DNA from: Nitrospinales bacterium
GTDB lineage: Bacteria; Nitrospinota; Nitrospinia; Nitrospinales; VA-1
Reading direction: 5' to 3'
Assembly: GCA_965223345.1 (NCBI GenBank)
Contig: CBDCWG010000012.1
Coordinates: 1,216,001 to 1,280,000 of the forward strand
Length of the DNA: 64,000 nucleotides
This document shows positions 1 to 10,200 of this stretch, piece after piece (positions within the stretch are counted from its first letter, which is position 1; every line of letters begins with the position of its first letter). The notes under the pieces were generated by a model. That model did not search any database. It was not told the DNA's origin and saw only the letters and a list, made by a program, of their open reading frames with translations. The position numbers were made by a program, and so were the translations under genes.

Positions 1-2
1 TG

Positions 3-1004
3 ATCGGGGCGATCACGTTTTCTGGCTCCGTCATCGCGTTCGGAAAACTCAGCGGAAAGATCACCGGGAACCCGATATTGCTGCCGGCGCGGCACTGGCT
101 CAATCTGGGTTTGCTGATCGCTTCCATTTACTTGTGTAAAATGTTCGTCGAACAGTCCGCAGCGGGCGGTGGCATGATGCCGCTGTTGATCATGACCGTC
201 ATCGCCCTGCTGTTCGGGATTCATATGGTCATGGCGATCGGCGGGGCGGACATGCCCGTGGTGGTTTCCATGCTCAACAGCTATTCCGGCTGGGCGGCTT
301 CGGCAACGGGTTTCATGCTCAACAACGATCTGCTCATCGTGACCGGCGCTTTGGTCGGCAGCAGCGGCGCGATCCTCAGTTACATCATGTGCCGGGCCAT
401 GAACCGCAAGTTCCTGGCGGTCATTGCCGGAGGCTTCGGCACCACGACCGGTGGCGGTTCGGCCTCGGCGGAAGACCAGGGTGAAGTGGTCGCGCTGCAG
501 GCCCCGGAAGTGGCGAGCCTGCTGACGGAATCGAAGGAAGTCATCATCATTCCGGGATACGGCATGGCCGTGGCGCAGGCTCAGCACATTGTGTGCGAAA
601 TCACCAAAGCGCTGCGCGCCAAAAAAGTGAATGTGCGGTTTGCCATTCATCCCGTCGCCGGGCGCATGCCGGGACACATGAACGTGTTGCTGGCGGAAGC
701 CAAGGTCCCCTACGACATCGTTTTGGAAATGGACGAAATCAACGAGGATTTCCCGGATACGGACGTGTCGATCGTCATCGGCGCCAACGACATCGTCAAT
801 CCCTCGGCCCAGACCGATCCGAACAGTCCCATTGCGGGCATGCCGGTTCTGGAATGCTGGAAGGCCAAAACCACCATCGTGTTGAAACGCAGCATGGCGA
901 CCGGCTACGCGGGCGTGCAGAATCCGCTGTTCTTCAAAGAGAACACCCGCATGCTGTTCGGCGATGCCCGATCCAGTCTCGACGAGGTGTTCAAAAACCT
1001 TTGA
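3..1004 (+). CDS. pntB: NAD(P) transhydrogenase subunit beta (5' end outside the window)
   Basis: Motifs [32 protein letters not shown] and [18 protein letters not shown]; frame is open from the window start. Confidence 0.97.
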   Translation: MGAITFSGSVIAFGKLSGKITGNPILLPARHWLNLGLLIASIYLCKMFVEQSAAGGGMMPLLIMTVIALLFGIHMVMAIGGADMPVVVSMLNSYSGWAASATGFMLNNDLLIVTGALVGSSGAILSYIMCRAMNRKFLAVIAGGFGTTTGGGSASAEDQGEVVALQAPEVASLLTESKEVIIIPGYGMAVAQAQHIVCEITKALRAKKVNVRFAIHPVAGRMPGHMNVLLAEAKVPYDIVLEMDEINEDFPDTDVSIVIGANDIVNPSAQTDPNSPIAGMPVLECWKAKTTIVLKRSMATGYAGVQNPLFFKENTRMLFGDARSSLDEVFKNL

Positions 1005-1114
1005 GGGCAGATTTGCTCAGGCCCAACACCTCCCCGGTGTTGGGGAACGCCAGGACCGCCTGCGGCAAACGGGCGTCTGTGCTGGCGGAACCCTGAGTGC
1101 TGGCCCGTATTGTC

Positions 1115-1957
1115 TCAGGGCAGGCTGAACACCAGGTTCCCCCGGAACGAAGGCACCAGCACCCGGTTGTTCTTAAAGTCGAAGGACAGGTTCGCCGGCG
1201 TCACCACCTTTTCTCTCAAGATTTCCACCTCGGAATAGTTTTTGATGCGGTAGACCGCTCCCGCTTTGAAATCGGACACGATCAGGTTGCCGTCCCGGTC
1301 GAAGGCGAGGCCCTCCGGGCGTTCGAAGCGCCGGTTGAACAGCGGGAAGATCGTGCCTTTGCCATCGACGCTCAGGATCTGTCCGCTTTGCGATCCGGCC
1401 ACGAGCAGCCGCTTGTGGCATGCGTCGTGAAGCAGGCCTGTGGGGCTGGAGAGACGCGGGTCTTTGGCGAACACGCCGGCCATGAAGTTGTTGTGCGGTT
1501 CGATGCGAAAGATCGTGTCGGTGGCGGTGTCGGAAACGTACAGCGACCCGCCCGCATCGAGAGTCAGCCCGCTGAGCTGCCGCGCACCCAGCAGGGACAG
1601 GTCGATGTTTCCCAGAAGATTGCCTTTTTTCTTGTCGAAGCGGCGCAGGGTGTCGATATCGGCGACGTACAGGTAAGCGCCCTGGATGGCCAGGCCGCGC
1701 GGCGCGTTCAGAACCGCGCCCCATCGACCGGAACGGATGGCGTTTTCTTCCTCAATGGCCCCCGAAGCGGAGAGGACGGCGATGAAGCCGTTCTTGTCTT
1801 TTGCCAGCGGAGAGCCTACGATGTTCGAGACATAGTGGGCGCCCGTGTCGGGATCGACGATGACGCTGTGCGGCGCATCCATGCCGCCCACCCGCAGGGA
1901 ACCGGCGGCAGCGGCGAGAGTGAGGGCGGTTGCGAGAATGAAAAGCAGTGAGCGCAT
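1115..1957 (-). CDS. Exported SMP-30/gluconolactonase-like (NHL-type) beta-propeller protein
   Basis: Signal peptide MRSLLFILATALTLAAAA; repeated blade motifs LNAPRGLAI, PTGLLHD, PEGLAFDRDGNLIVSD. Confidence 0.75.
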   Translation of the reverse strand: MRSLLFILATALTLAAAAGSLRVGGMDAPHSVIVDPDTGAHYVSNIVGSPLAKDKNGFIAVLSASGAIEEENAIRSGRWGAVLNAPRGLAIQGAYLYVADIDTLRRFDKKKGNLLGNIDLSLLGARQLSGLTLDAGGSLYVSDTATDTIFRIEPHNNFMAGVFAKDPRLSSPTGLLHDACHKRLLVAGSQSGQILSVDGKGTIFPLFNRRFERPEGLAFDRDGNLIVSDFKAGAVYRIKNYSEVEILREKVVTPANLSFDFKNNRVLVPSFRGNLVFSLP

Positions 1958-2104
1958 GCAGCGGTCCTTCCTGAAATTCTGGTTGTAAAGCCGGTTGTGT
2001 GTTCGATGCCGCAACCGGCAGTTTGAGATTAACACACTCCTGCGCGTCGTTTGCATTCCGGCTCGGAGTCGTGTCACGGCGATCCCATCCTGCTTGAGGC
2101 CGTC

Positions 2105-2413
2105 ATGAAAAAAAACAAGGACCTGACGTTCGGCATCGTGCTTCTGGGCGTCACGGGAATCCTGATCGGCGTGGTCACCCACAGCGTGTGGCTCAGCCTG
2201 GTCGCGGGAGTGCTCGGTGTGGTGGTAGGCGGGCTGCTGGGATGGCTGGGCGGGCGGCGCTATCTCATCACTGTGTGTGTGGGCATCCTCATCGGCGCGT
2301 ATTTCGGTTACAAGAGCGGCGACCGCGACATCCTCATCATCGCAGCGGGTTCGGGCGGCGCGATCGGCGGCTTCATCGGCGCGCAGGTGGAACTGTTCAT
2401 GCGGCGGCGGTGA
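2105..2413 (+). CDS. Small glycine-rich membrane protein
   Basis: ATG at 2105; about four hydrophobic Gly-rich segments; fills the gap between neighbouring genes. Confidence 0.7.
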   Translation: MKKNKDLTFGIVLLGVTGILIGVVTHSVWLSLVAGVLGVVVGGLLGWLGGRRYLITVCVGILIGAYFGYKSGDRDILIIAAGSGGAIGGFIGAQVELFMRRR

Positions 2414-2428
2414 GTTTTTCAAAGTGAA

Positions 2429-2971
2429 TCACGGGAAACCGATCCAGTAGGCGCGCGCCGCGACTATGGCGAAAGAGACGAACAGAAAAAAGACCATGGG
2501 TGCCAGGATGGGAACCTTGTGCACCCTTTCGCTCATCGTGAAAAAAATAAAGTGCGACCAGGCAAATAGAACAATCCCGTACACGACGGGAATGAGGACG
2601 AACAGCGTCACCACCGGCAGGATCGCGCTGCCATAGGCGATGCAGCGGTAAGCGGTTTCATAGGATTCTTTCGATCCCATGAGTTTCCAGATATAGAACA
2701 GCATCGCGGAAAAAACAAACGAACCGGGAAACGGAATCATCGCGACAAAGCCCCATAAAAGCAGATTGTCTTGCAGCTTCAGGTTTTTCAACGCCAGCTC
2801 GATCGATCCCTGTTTGAACGCCCCGGCTGCCCATTCAAAGAAATAGACCAGCAAAAACATGAGCGCCAGAAAAAGCATGGGTTCGACAAAGCCGCCTTTT
2901 TTCGGCATGTTCTGGTAGAAGTTCACGGGATGGAGGATGACTTGCAGGGCGTTCCGGAAGAGTTTTTTCAT
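2429..2971 (-). CDS. YIP1-family membrane protein
   Basis: N-terminal VILHPVNFYQNM, central LMGSKESYETAYRCIAY, multiple TM helices. Confidence 0.7.
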   Translation of the reverse strand: MKKLFRNALQVILHPVNFYQNMPKKGGFVEPMLFLALMFLLVYFFEWAAGAFKQGSIELALKNLKLQDNLLLWGFVAMIPFPGSFVFSAMLFYIWKLMGSKESYETAYRCIAYGSAILPVVTLFVLIPVVYGIVLFAWSHFIFFTMSERVHKVPILAPMVFFLFVSFAIVAARAYWIGFP

Positions 2972-3019
2972 GGTCCTGGACCCGATTGGCGGTGAGAGTT
3001 GGGAGAGAGGTGGAATCCG

Positions 3020-3982
3020 TCACGCATACAGATGCGCGACGTGCTCGCCGTAGCCGTTGAACGGCAGGGTGCGGCGGATCTCGCCGGTGCCGATCATTTT
3101 CTCTTTTGTCTGTGGCCAGCGCGGGTGCGGCAGGGTGGGATCGACGTTGGCCTGAAAATCGTATTCCAGCCCCTGCAGGGTGTTCCAGAAAGTCGGCGGT
3201 TTGAAATCGATGAGCTCGATTTTCACGATCGACTTGATGCTCTTGAATCCGTATTTCCACGGCACCACCAGACGCAGCGGCGCGCCGTGCTGTTTGGGCA
3301 GCGTGTGGCCGTAGATCCCGGTCGCCAGGAAAGCGAGTTCGTTGCGCGCTTCCTCGATCGTCAATCCTTCCATGTAGGGCCAGGGCTCCCAGAACGCCAG
3401 TTGTCCCTGTGCGGTGAACGGCTTGTAGAAGGTGGTCATGCGCACGTATTTGGCCTGCGGGATGGGTTCGACGAGATCGAGCAGCGCCTTGAAGGGAAAC
3501 CCGCTCCACGGCACGGCCATCGCCCAGGCCTCGACGCAGCGCAGGCGGTAGAGCCTCTCCTCGAGGGGGAAGGTTTTCAGCAGCGTGTCGATGTCGAAGG
3601 TTTGCGGCTTGCGCACCAGCCCCGTCACTTCCACCGTCCAGGGCCGGGTCTGCAGGACGCGCGCGTGGATGCGCACGTCTTCCTTGACGCTGGTGAATTC
3701 GTAAAAATTGTTGTAACCGGCGGCGACGTCTTCGTCCGTGAGCTTGCGGTCGAGGGTGAAGGCCGGGTTGCGCTTTGCCGGGTAGAGGGATTTGTCCAGT
3801 TCTGTGACCGTCATCTCCTCTTCCGGGCCGGCACCGGAGCTGCAGCCGGTGAGCAGCGCCCCGGTGGCCAGGGCGGTGAGCGCGGTGCCCTTGAGGAACT
3901 CCCGCCGGCGCAGGTACACCGATTCGGGCGTGGCGAGGCTTTCTGAAATTTCCCAGGAGCGGGGGATTTTAATGTGCGGCAT
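3020..3982 (-). CDS. msrP: Protein-methionine-sulfoxide reductase catalytic subunit MsrP (molybdopterin)
   Basis: YNNFYEF, RCVEAWAMAVPW, GAPLRLVVPWKYGFKSIKSIV, NVDP...HPRW; Tat motif RRREFLK. Confidence 0.93.
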   Translation of the reverse strand: MPHIKIPRSWEISESLATPESVYLRRREFLKGTALTALATGALLTGCSSGAGPEEEMTVTELDKSLYPAKRNPAFTLDRKLTDEDVAAGYNNFYEFTSVKEDVRIHARVLQTRPWTVEVTGLVRKPQTFDIDTLLKTFPLEERLYRLRCVEAWAMAVPWSGFPFKALLDLVEPIPQAKYVRMTTFYKPFTAQGQLAFWEPWPYMEGLTIEEARNELAFLATGIYGHTLPKQHGAPLRLVVPWKYGFKSIKSIVKIELIDFKPPTFWNTLQGLEYDFQANVDPTLPHPRWPQTKEKMIGTGEIRRTLPFNGYGEHVAHLYA

Positions 3983-3997
3983 CGTGAACCACCGGGC

Positions 3998-4318
3998 TCA
4001 GGAGCCCACCCAATCGTCGATGCATTTGAGGTAATCCTGCGAACCTTCCAGGATCGGCAGGGCGATGATCTCCGGGACGTCGTAGCTGTGGTGCTTTTGC
4101 ACCCAGTGTTTCAGCGCGTCGAGTTTTTCGGCGCGGGTTTTGGCGATCAGCAAAGTTTCTTCGTCTTCGCAGATCTTGCCGTCCCAGAAGTAGGTGGAGG
4201 TGATGCCGGGAAGCGCGTTGACGCAGTAAGCGAGTCTGGCCTCCACCAGGCCGCGGCTCAGCGTTCGCGCTTCCTCCTTCGACCCTGCGGTGATCATGAC
4301 GACGCGGTGCGGACTCAT
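3998..4318 (-). CDS. cutA: Divalent-cation tolerance protein CutA
   Basis: LVEARLAYCVN, STYFWDGKI, HSYDVPEIIALPI. Confidence 0.93.
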   Translation of the reverse strand: MSPHRVVMITAGSKEEARTLSRGLVEARLAYCVNALPGITSTYFWDGKICEDEETLLIAKTRAEKLDALKHWVQKHHSYDVPEIIALPILEGSQDYLKCIDDWVGS

Positions 4319-4352
4319 GAACGGTTTCCGTTTGATTGAACAGCTGCATTCA

Positions 4353-4940
4353 TCATAGCACGAACTTGAGCAGATAAAATCCCAGCACCAGAAGGATGAA
4401 AAACACGATGGTGAACAGGTTGAAGTATTTTTCGATGAGTTGTTTGATCGGCGGGCCGAACTTGTACACCAGATAGGCGACGAGAAAGAAACGCAGCGAG
4501 CGGCCCAGCGTGGAGGCGATCACGAACACGACGAAATTGATCTCGAACGCGCCGGCGGCGAGGGTGAAGATTTTGTAGGGCAGCGGCGTGAAGCCGGCGG
4601 CGGCCACCGCCCATCCCTGGTACTCGTTGTACAGGTGGCCGATCTTTTCGAACTGCGGTTGCAGGTGATAAAACTCGACGATGCGGTCGCCGATCAGGTC
4701 CATGAACTGCCAGCCCAACAGGTAGCCGAACATGCCGCCCAGAACCGAGGCGAGCGAACACATGAAGGCGTAGCGGAGCCAGAGCACCGGCAGCGCGATG
4801 ACCATGGCGATCAGCAGGACATCGGGCGGAACGGGGAAAAAAGAGGACTCCACGAACGAGATGATGAAAAGCGCGGGCAGCGCGTAGGGGGTGGCGGCCC
4901 AGTGGAGCACCCAGTCGTAGAGAGAACGCAGCAGCTTCAT
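4353..4940 (-). CDS. DedA/YqaA (VTT domain) membrane protein
   Basis: SFVESSFFPVPPD, AGFTPLPYKIFT, GRSLRFF. Confidence 0.9.
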   Translation of the reverse strand: MKLLRSLYDWVLHWAATPYALPALFIISFVESSFFPVPPDVLLIAMVIALPVLWLRYAFMCSLASVLGGMFGYLLGWQFMDLIGDRIVEFYHLQPQFEKIGHLYNEYQGWAVAAAGFTPLPYKIFTLAAGAFEINFVVFVIASTLGRSLRFFLVAYLVYKFGPPIKQLIEKYFNLFTIVFFILLVLGFYLLKFVL

Positions 4941-4983
4941 GAAGCAAAAAACCGATGGGTTGTTCTATCCGTCCGGTCACGCA

Positions 4984-5205
4984 TCAATCGGCCACCGGGG
5001 CTTGCTGGGCGGCTTCTTCCGCCTTGTCCAGCGTTTCCTGCATTTTTTCCTCGGCGTCTTCAATCTGGCTTTCGGCGTTTTTCATCAACTGGCCGGGGAT
5101 CTTCCCGGCGTCCCCGGCTTTTTTCTTCTGTCCCTCGCAGGCGAGGGTTGCCAGGGCAAACAGTCCCAAAGTCAAAACCAGGATCGCTATTTTGCGGTGA
5201 AACAT
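4984..5205 (-). CDS. Small putative lipoprotein
   Basis: GGAGGG RBS; MFHRKIAILVLTLGLFALATLAC lipoprotein-like signal; charged helical tail. Confidence 0.7.
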   Translation of the reverse strand: MFHRKIAILVLTLGLFALATLACEGQKKKAGDAGKIPGQLMKNAESQIEDAEEKMQETLDKAEEAAQQAPVAD

Positions 5206-5276
5206 GGTGCCCTCCGTTTGAGCGGGCTTGGGTGATCCCTGCAAAGGATCGCGATGTCCTTTGAAGAGAGTGGATT

Positions 5277-7787
5277 TTATAACAGATTCACGGGGTCCAC
5301 GTCGATGGATAATTTGGTGCCGCGCGTGAGGAGAGGCTTGAACTCCTGCTGCGCAGGGAGGCGGTTCAGCACGTTCATCAGCTCCTGAACTCTCGCGGCG
5401 CGCAGCAGGATGTGCCAGCGGAATTTGTTCTTGATGCGGTACAGCGCCGCCCGCGAGGGGCCGAGGATCTCGACGTCCCGGTTGCGCGACAGCGTGCGCA
5501 GCAGGTGGGTCTTGATCTTTCCCGCCAGCCTCTCGCCATCCGATTCCTTGCCGCTTTCGATCTGCAGGGCGGCCATGCGCGTGAACGGCGGGTAGTTGAG
5601 CCTTTTTCTCAGCTCCATTTCTTTCTCGTAAAACCCCCTGGGATCGTGGTCGCGCACGAAATCGAACACGTAGTGCCGGGGGTTGTGGGTCTGCACGATC
5701 ACCTGACCCGGCACGCGGCCTCGTCCGGCGCGTCCGGCCACCTGGGTCAAAAGCTGGAACGAGCGCTCGGAAGAGCGGAAATCGGGAATGTTGAGGGACA
5801 GATCGGCGTGCACGACCCCGACGAGCGTCACGTTGGGGAAATCGTGGCCTTTGGTGATCATCTGCGTGCCGATCAGGATGTCGATCTCGCCCTGGTTCAT
5901 TTTGGCGTGCATGGCTGCGAAGTCGGCGTGGCCGCGCGCCGTGTCGCGGTCCAGCCGGATGATCCGCGCTTCGGGAAACAGGCGGCGGGTTTCCTCTTCC
6001 AGTTTCTGGGTGCCGAATCCGCTGAAGCGCAGGATTTCCCCCCTGCAGTCGGGGCAGTCTGCGGGCACGCGGGCGGTCTGGTTGCAGTAATGGCAGCGCA
6101 TGCGGTTTTCGCTGCCGTGGAACGTGCGGGTGACGCTGCATTGCGGGCAGTCGAAGACGAAACCGCATTCGGTGCAGAACACGTAATTGGCGGTGCCCCT
6201 GCGGTTCAGGAACAGAAACACCTGCTCGTTGCGTTCCAGGCGCAGCGACATGGCGGCGCGCAATTCGCAGGAGAGGATGGAAAAGTTTTTGCGCTCGTCC
6301 TTTTCCTTTTTCATGTCCACGATGCGCACCAGCGGCAGCAGCCGGTCGCCGACGCGTTTGTCGAGGGACAGCAGCCGGTATTTGCCGTTTTCCACGTTGC
6401 CCAGCGACTCAAGCGACGGGGTGGCCGAGCCGAGGATCACCACGGCTTTGGCGGCGCGCGCCCGCACCAGGGCGGTGTCGCGTGCGTGGTAGCGGGGGCT
6501 GGAATCCTGCTTGTAGGAGGCGTCGTGTTCCTCGTCGATGACGATGACGCCGAGGTTTTTGAACGGCGCGAACACCGCACTGCGCGCCCCGACGACGATG
6601 GCGACGCGGCCGTCGTGGATTTTTTTCCATTCCTGGTAGCGTTCGCGCTGCGACAGGCCGCTGTGCAGGATCGCCACGTTTTCGCCGAAGCGGCCCTGGA
6701 ACCGGGAGACGGTCTGCGGCGTCAGGGAAATTTCCGGGACCATCATGATGGCGGTTTTTCCCTGCTTGAGCGCTTCCTCGATGCAGCGGATGTAGATTTC
6801 GGTTTTTCCGCTTCCGGTGATGCCGTGCAAAAGATAGGCACAATATTGCGACGCCTCGATCGCTCGCTTGAGCGAGTTGAAGGCGCTTTGCTGCTCGGCG
6901 GTGAACTGAAGCGGCGCGTCCCGCACCGGCGTGGCCGGGATGGGGCTTGCGGCCGCGTCGCGCGGGCGCTTGACGACGGAAACCTCCACCAGCTCCTTCT
7001 GCTTGAGTTTTCCCAAAAGGCTCGAAGGGGAGGGCAGGTGGGCCGACAGTTCCTTGAAGGAAAGCGCACCGCCTTTCAGCAGCTCGTACAATTCCTTCTG
7101 CTTGGGGCTGCGTTTGAACAGGGTTTCGATCTCCTCGGAGCTCAGGACCGGCGGTTTGAGGCGCGCGTGCTTTTCGTACGAATAGGGAACCGTGCTTTTT
7201 TTCAGGCGCGGCGTGGCGATCAGATGGCCCTCCTGTCTGAGCCGGGTCAGCGCGTGCGGACTGAATTTTTCCTGCAGCAGGCGCTTGAGCTGCGCCGCGG
7301 TCATGCTTTTGCGCTTGCGCACCGATTCCAGAATCCAGAACTGGGATTCCTTCAATTGTTCGTTTTCCAAAGCCAGGATTCCTGTTTCAGAGAGGCTGAA
7401 AAGCTCGTGGCTTTCCTCCTCCATTCCCGCGGGAAGGGCCGCCTTGATCGCTTCGCCCCAGGACGACTGGTAGTAATCCGCCATCCAGCGGGTCAGGGAG
7501 AGCACCTCCGGCTGCAGAACGGGCGCATCGTCGAGCAATGCCTCGATGTCCTTGAGGGCGAGGGCGGGGTCGGGTTGCTCGGTGAAACCAACGACGTAGC
7601 CTGTCAGCCGCCGCCGTCCGAAGGGCACGAGGACGCGCATGCCCACTTGAATACTTCCTGCAAGGGGCTCCGGAACCGCGTAGGTGAACGGTTCTTTCAC
7701 CGGAAGATTCATCGCCACCTGGGCAAACCGGTGCTTTCTGGATTGGGAATCGGCGGTGGGTTGGGTGAGGGATGCGGGAGAGGTCAT
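5277..7787 (-). CDS. priA: Primosomal protein N' (replication restart helicase)
   Basis: GITGSGKTE, DEEHD, zinc-binding CxxC motifs, GTQMITKGHDFP, QVAGRAGR. Confidence 0.97.
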   Translation of the reverse strand: MTSPASLTQPTADSQSRKHRFAQVAMNLPVKEPFTYAVPEPLAGSIQVGMRVLVPFGRRRLTGYVVGFTEQPDPALALKDIEALLDDAPVLQPEVLSLTRWMADYYQSSWGEAIKAALPAGMEEESHELFSLSETGILALENEQLKESQFWILESVRKRKSMTAAQLKRLLQEKFSPHALTRLRQEGHLIATPRLKKSTVPYSYEKHARLKPPVLSSEEIETLFKRSPKQKELYELLKGGALSFKELSAHLPSPSSLLGKLKQKELVEVSVVKRPRDAAASPIPATPVRDAPLQFTAEQQSAFNSLKRAIEASQYCAYLLHGITGSGKTEIYIRCIEEALKQGKTAIMMVPEISLTPQTVSRFQGRFGENVAILHSGLSQRERYQEWKKIHDGRVAIVVGARSAVFAPFKNLGVIVIDEEHDASYKQDSSPRYHARDTALVRARAAKAVVILGSATPSLESLGNVENGKYRLLSLDKRVGDRLLPLVRIVDMKKEKDERKNFSILSCELRAAMSLRLERNEQVFLFLNRRGTANYVFCTECGFVFDCPQCSVTRTFHGSENRMRCHYCNQTARVPADCPDCRGEILRFSGFGTQKLEEETRRLFPEARIIRLDRDTARGHADFAAMHAKMNQGEIDILIGTQMITKGHDFPNVTLVGVVHADLSLNIPDFRSSERSFQLLTQVAGRAGRGRVPGQVIVQTHNPRHYVFDFVRDHDPRGFYEKEMELRKRLNYPPFTRMAALQIESGKESDGERLAGKIKTHLLRTLSRNRDVEILGPSRAALYRIKNKFRWHILLRAARVQELMNVLNRLPAQQEFKPLLTRGTKLSIDVDPVNLL

Positions 7788-7978
7788 AAAACTCGTTGTG
7801 AATTCTTTCAAACGGATTTTACCAGAGAACGGGAGTTTTAAAAACAACTGGCTGATGACCGCAGGGACAAAAGGGATTGACTCGTTTTCGTTATTCCACT
7901 AAGCTTTTTCGTTCCCGGTCGTTGAAGAAGAGGAATCCCCGGCGCCCTGTGAGGGGCCGTTTTAGAGGAGAGCGGATC

Positions 7979-8197
7979 ATGAAAGTTGGAGACACGGTCA
8001 AAATCGATTTTGCGGGAAAGAAGAAGGACGGCGTGGTGTTCAAGCTCCACCCCAATTCGGTCCATTTGAAGGTGGATTTCGACGGGCACAAGGGGAAGAT
8101 CGTCAAACGCAAGCTGAATGCGATCGGCAAGAAAAAAACCGCCAAGAAGGCCGCGACCAAAGCCAAGAAAAAGGAAACCGCCAAACCCGCCAAGTGA
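7979..8197 (+). CDS. Small basic protein with a KOW/SH3-like N-terminus and Lys/Ala-rich tail
   Basis: GAGGAG RBS; MKVGDTVKIDFAG...; tail KKKTAKKAATKAKKK. Confidence 0.75.
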   Translation: MKVGDTVKIDFAGKKKDGVVFKLHPNSVHLKVDFDGHKGKIVKRKLNAIGKKKTAKKAATKAKKKETAKPAK

Positions 8198-8230
8198 TTT
8201 CGCTCCCTGTTTCGATGGAGAGAGGCCGGA

Positions 8231-9241
8231 TCAGAAATAGGTTTTCAGTTTCGCTTTCTTCTTCAGGTTTTCCACGTAGTTGCGGGTGGCCTGCACGAGT
8301 TTTTTATCCAGCAGGTTTTGCCGGATCTTTTCCTTTTCGCTTTCGAAGGATCGCGTTTCGCCCGGTTTCCGGTCTGTGACTTTCAAGATATGCAGGCCGT
8401 GCTTGGTCTGAAAGATCTCGCTCAACTCACCCACCTTCATCGCGAACGCCCGCTTGCTGAACGCGGGGAGCATCTGCTTCTTGCCGAAAAAACCCAGATC
8501 CCCACCCTTGGAAGCCAGTGAATCCTGGGAGAACTTGCGGGCCATCGCCGCAAAGTCCGTTCCGGACTCGATGCGCTTGCGGATCGACTCCAGTTTCTTG
8601 CGCGCTTCGTGTTCCTTGGCGGCGGGGCTTTTGGGCGGGATCTTGATCAGGATGACGCTGGCGCGGACCTTGTCCTGGGTGCGGAATTTGTTCGGATTGG
8701 CATCGTAATAGGCGCGAAGTTCCTTTTCACTGATCTGAACCTTCGGTTCCACTTCTTTTTTGATGACCTGATCCATCACCAGGTCGGCCTGCAGTTCCTT
8801 TTTGTATTGTTCCATGGTCAAACCGCTGTCGGCCAGAGTGTGTTCGAAAACCGCATCGGATTTGAACGAAGCCTTGATCGCGCCCAGTTTTTTATTGAGC
8901 GCGTCGGGGGTGACGGAAATTCCCAGTTCCTCGCCTTTCTGCACCAGAAGCGTGCGGCTGATTTCATCGTCGATGGCTTTTTTGGCGGCGGTCTTCACCT
9001 GGTCGGGCGTCAGTTTCATCCCCCGGTCTTTGTAGGACTGGATGGTTTTTTCCAGCTCGCGCAGGATGACGTCCTTGGTGATGTCGGTCCCATTGACTTT
9101 GGCGGTGACGTCCGGAAGCGAGATCGGGGGTTTTTCGTGCTTGTGCCCCGCATGCGCGAACAGGTTGGAGCTGGTTGCGGCCAAAAGGCAGCCGGCGGCG
9201 AAAAAACCGGACAGGGTCTTTAGAGCAGCGTGCCGTATCAT
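8231..9241 (-). CDS. Exported SurA/PrsA-like peptidyl-prolyl cis-trans isomerase (PpiC type)
   Basis: Signal peptide; AKVNGTDIT; FAAMARKFSQD, GGDLGFF, TKHGLHILKV. Confidence 0.9.
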   Translation of the reverse strand: MIRHAALKTLSGFFAAGCLLAATSSNLFAHAGHKHEKPPISLPDVTAKVNGTDITKDVILRELEKTIQSYKDRGMKLTPDQVKTAAKKAIDDEISRTLLVQKGEELGISVTPDALNKKLGAIKASFKSDAVFEHTLADSGLTMEQYKKELQADLVMDQVIKKEVEPKVQISEKELRAYYDANPNKFRTQDKVRASVILIKIPPKSPAAKEHEARKKLESIRKRIESGTDFAAMARKFSQDSLASKGGDLGFFGKKQMLPAFSKRAFAMKVGELSEIFQTKHGLHILKVTDRKPGETRSFESEKEKIRQNLLDKKLVQATRNYVENLKKKAKLKTYF

Positions 9242-9402
9242 GGGACATCTCTCCTGAAAAAAGGGCTCAAATAGTCGGATTCTCACGGTTCAGGCTAATC
9301 ATTCGCGTGGGGGATGTCAACCGATTTTGTGCCGGCGATTCGGCGGCGGGCCGGGTGGTTTTTGCGGAGCGGAAGAGCAGGAAATCAGGGGGTTGAGGCG
9401 AT

Positions 9403-10200
9403 CTAGGGAACCGGGCGCACGATGCGGAAACCGTAGATTTCCTTTTTTGCGTCGGGGGTGTTGCGGGCGCGGTGCACCACCTGCACGCCGTCGATGTCGT
9501 TGATCCAGGAACCGCCGCGCAGCACCTTCATGGTGCCGGGGCCTTCCGGCCCTTCGGGGGTGATTTCCGGGCTTTCGCGGTAATATTCGGCGGCGTACCA
9601 GTCCAGGCACCATTCCCAGACGTTGCCTGCGGTGTTGAACAGTCCGAACGGGCTCACGCCGGACTGGTAATAGTTCACCGGAGCGGTGAAGGGATAGTTG
9701 TCTTCTTCGCCGTACACGTTGACGAAATAGAGATGCGTGCCCTGTTCCCATTTGTCGCCCCAGGGCCAGAGCCTGCCGTCGTTGCCGCGTGCGGCTTTTT
9801 CCCATTCCGCTTCGGTGGGCAGCCGCCCGCCTTTCCATTTTGCGTAGGCCATGGCGTCGTGCCAGGTGACCCCGACGACGGGAAAATCCGGTTTGTTGAA
9901 GTTTTCATCGTCCCAGAAAGGGGGCTTGGCGTGGCCGGTGGCCTCGATGAACTTTTGATACTCGGCGTTGCTCACTTCGTATTTGTCGATGAAGTAAGCC
10001 GGCGTGTACACGAAGTGCATGGGCTTTTCATCGTCCCGGCCCGCTGCAGTCCCCATCTGAAAATATCCTGCGGGAACGTATACCATTCCCGGCGGCGCTT
10101 CCTTCTGCGCTTCGGCCTGGGAAATCAGGAAAACCGGAAAAATGAAAACAAGGAAAAACAGGATCTGCCTGAAAAAGACAGCGCGGGGGAATACGGTCAT
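9403..10200 (-). CDS. Exported formylglycine-generating enzyme family (SUMF1/EgtB/PvdO domain) protein
   Basis: YFIDKYEVSNAEY, RLPTEAEWEKAARG, GNVWEW, RGGSW, GFR. Confidence 0.9.
   Translation of the reverse strand: MTVFPRAVFFRQILFFLVFIFPVFLISQAEAQKEAPPGMVYVPAGYFQMGTAAGRDDEKPMHFVYTPAYFIDKYEVSNAEYQKFIEATGHAKPPFWDDENFNKPDFPVVGVTWHDAMAYAKWKGGRLPTEAEWEKAARGNDGRLWPWGDKWEQGTHLYFVNVYGEEDNYPFTAPVNYYQSGVSPFGLFNTAGNVWEWCLDWYAAEYYRESPEITPEGPEGPGTMKVLRGGSWINDIDGVQVVHRARNTPDAKKEIYGFRIVRPVP

Noticed and set aside
1958..2422. N-terminal extension of the 1115..2422 ORF
   Set aside because: Antisense to the 2105-2413 membrane gene; the signal peptide indicates the real start is at 1957.
5412..7841. 809-aa plus-strand ORF
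   Set aside because: Antisense shadow of priA, typical of high-GC coding DNA; no recognisable motifs.
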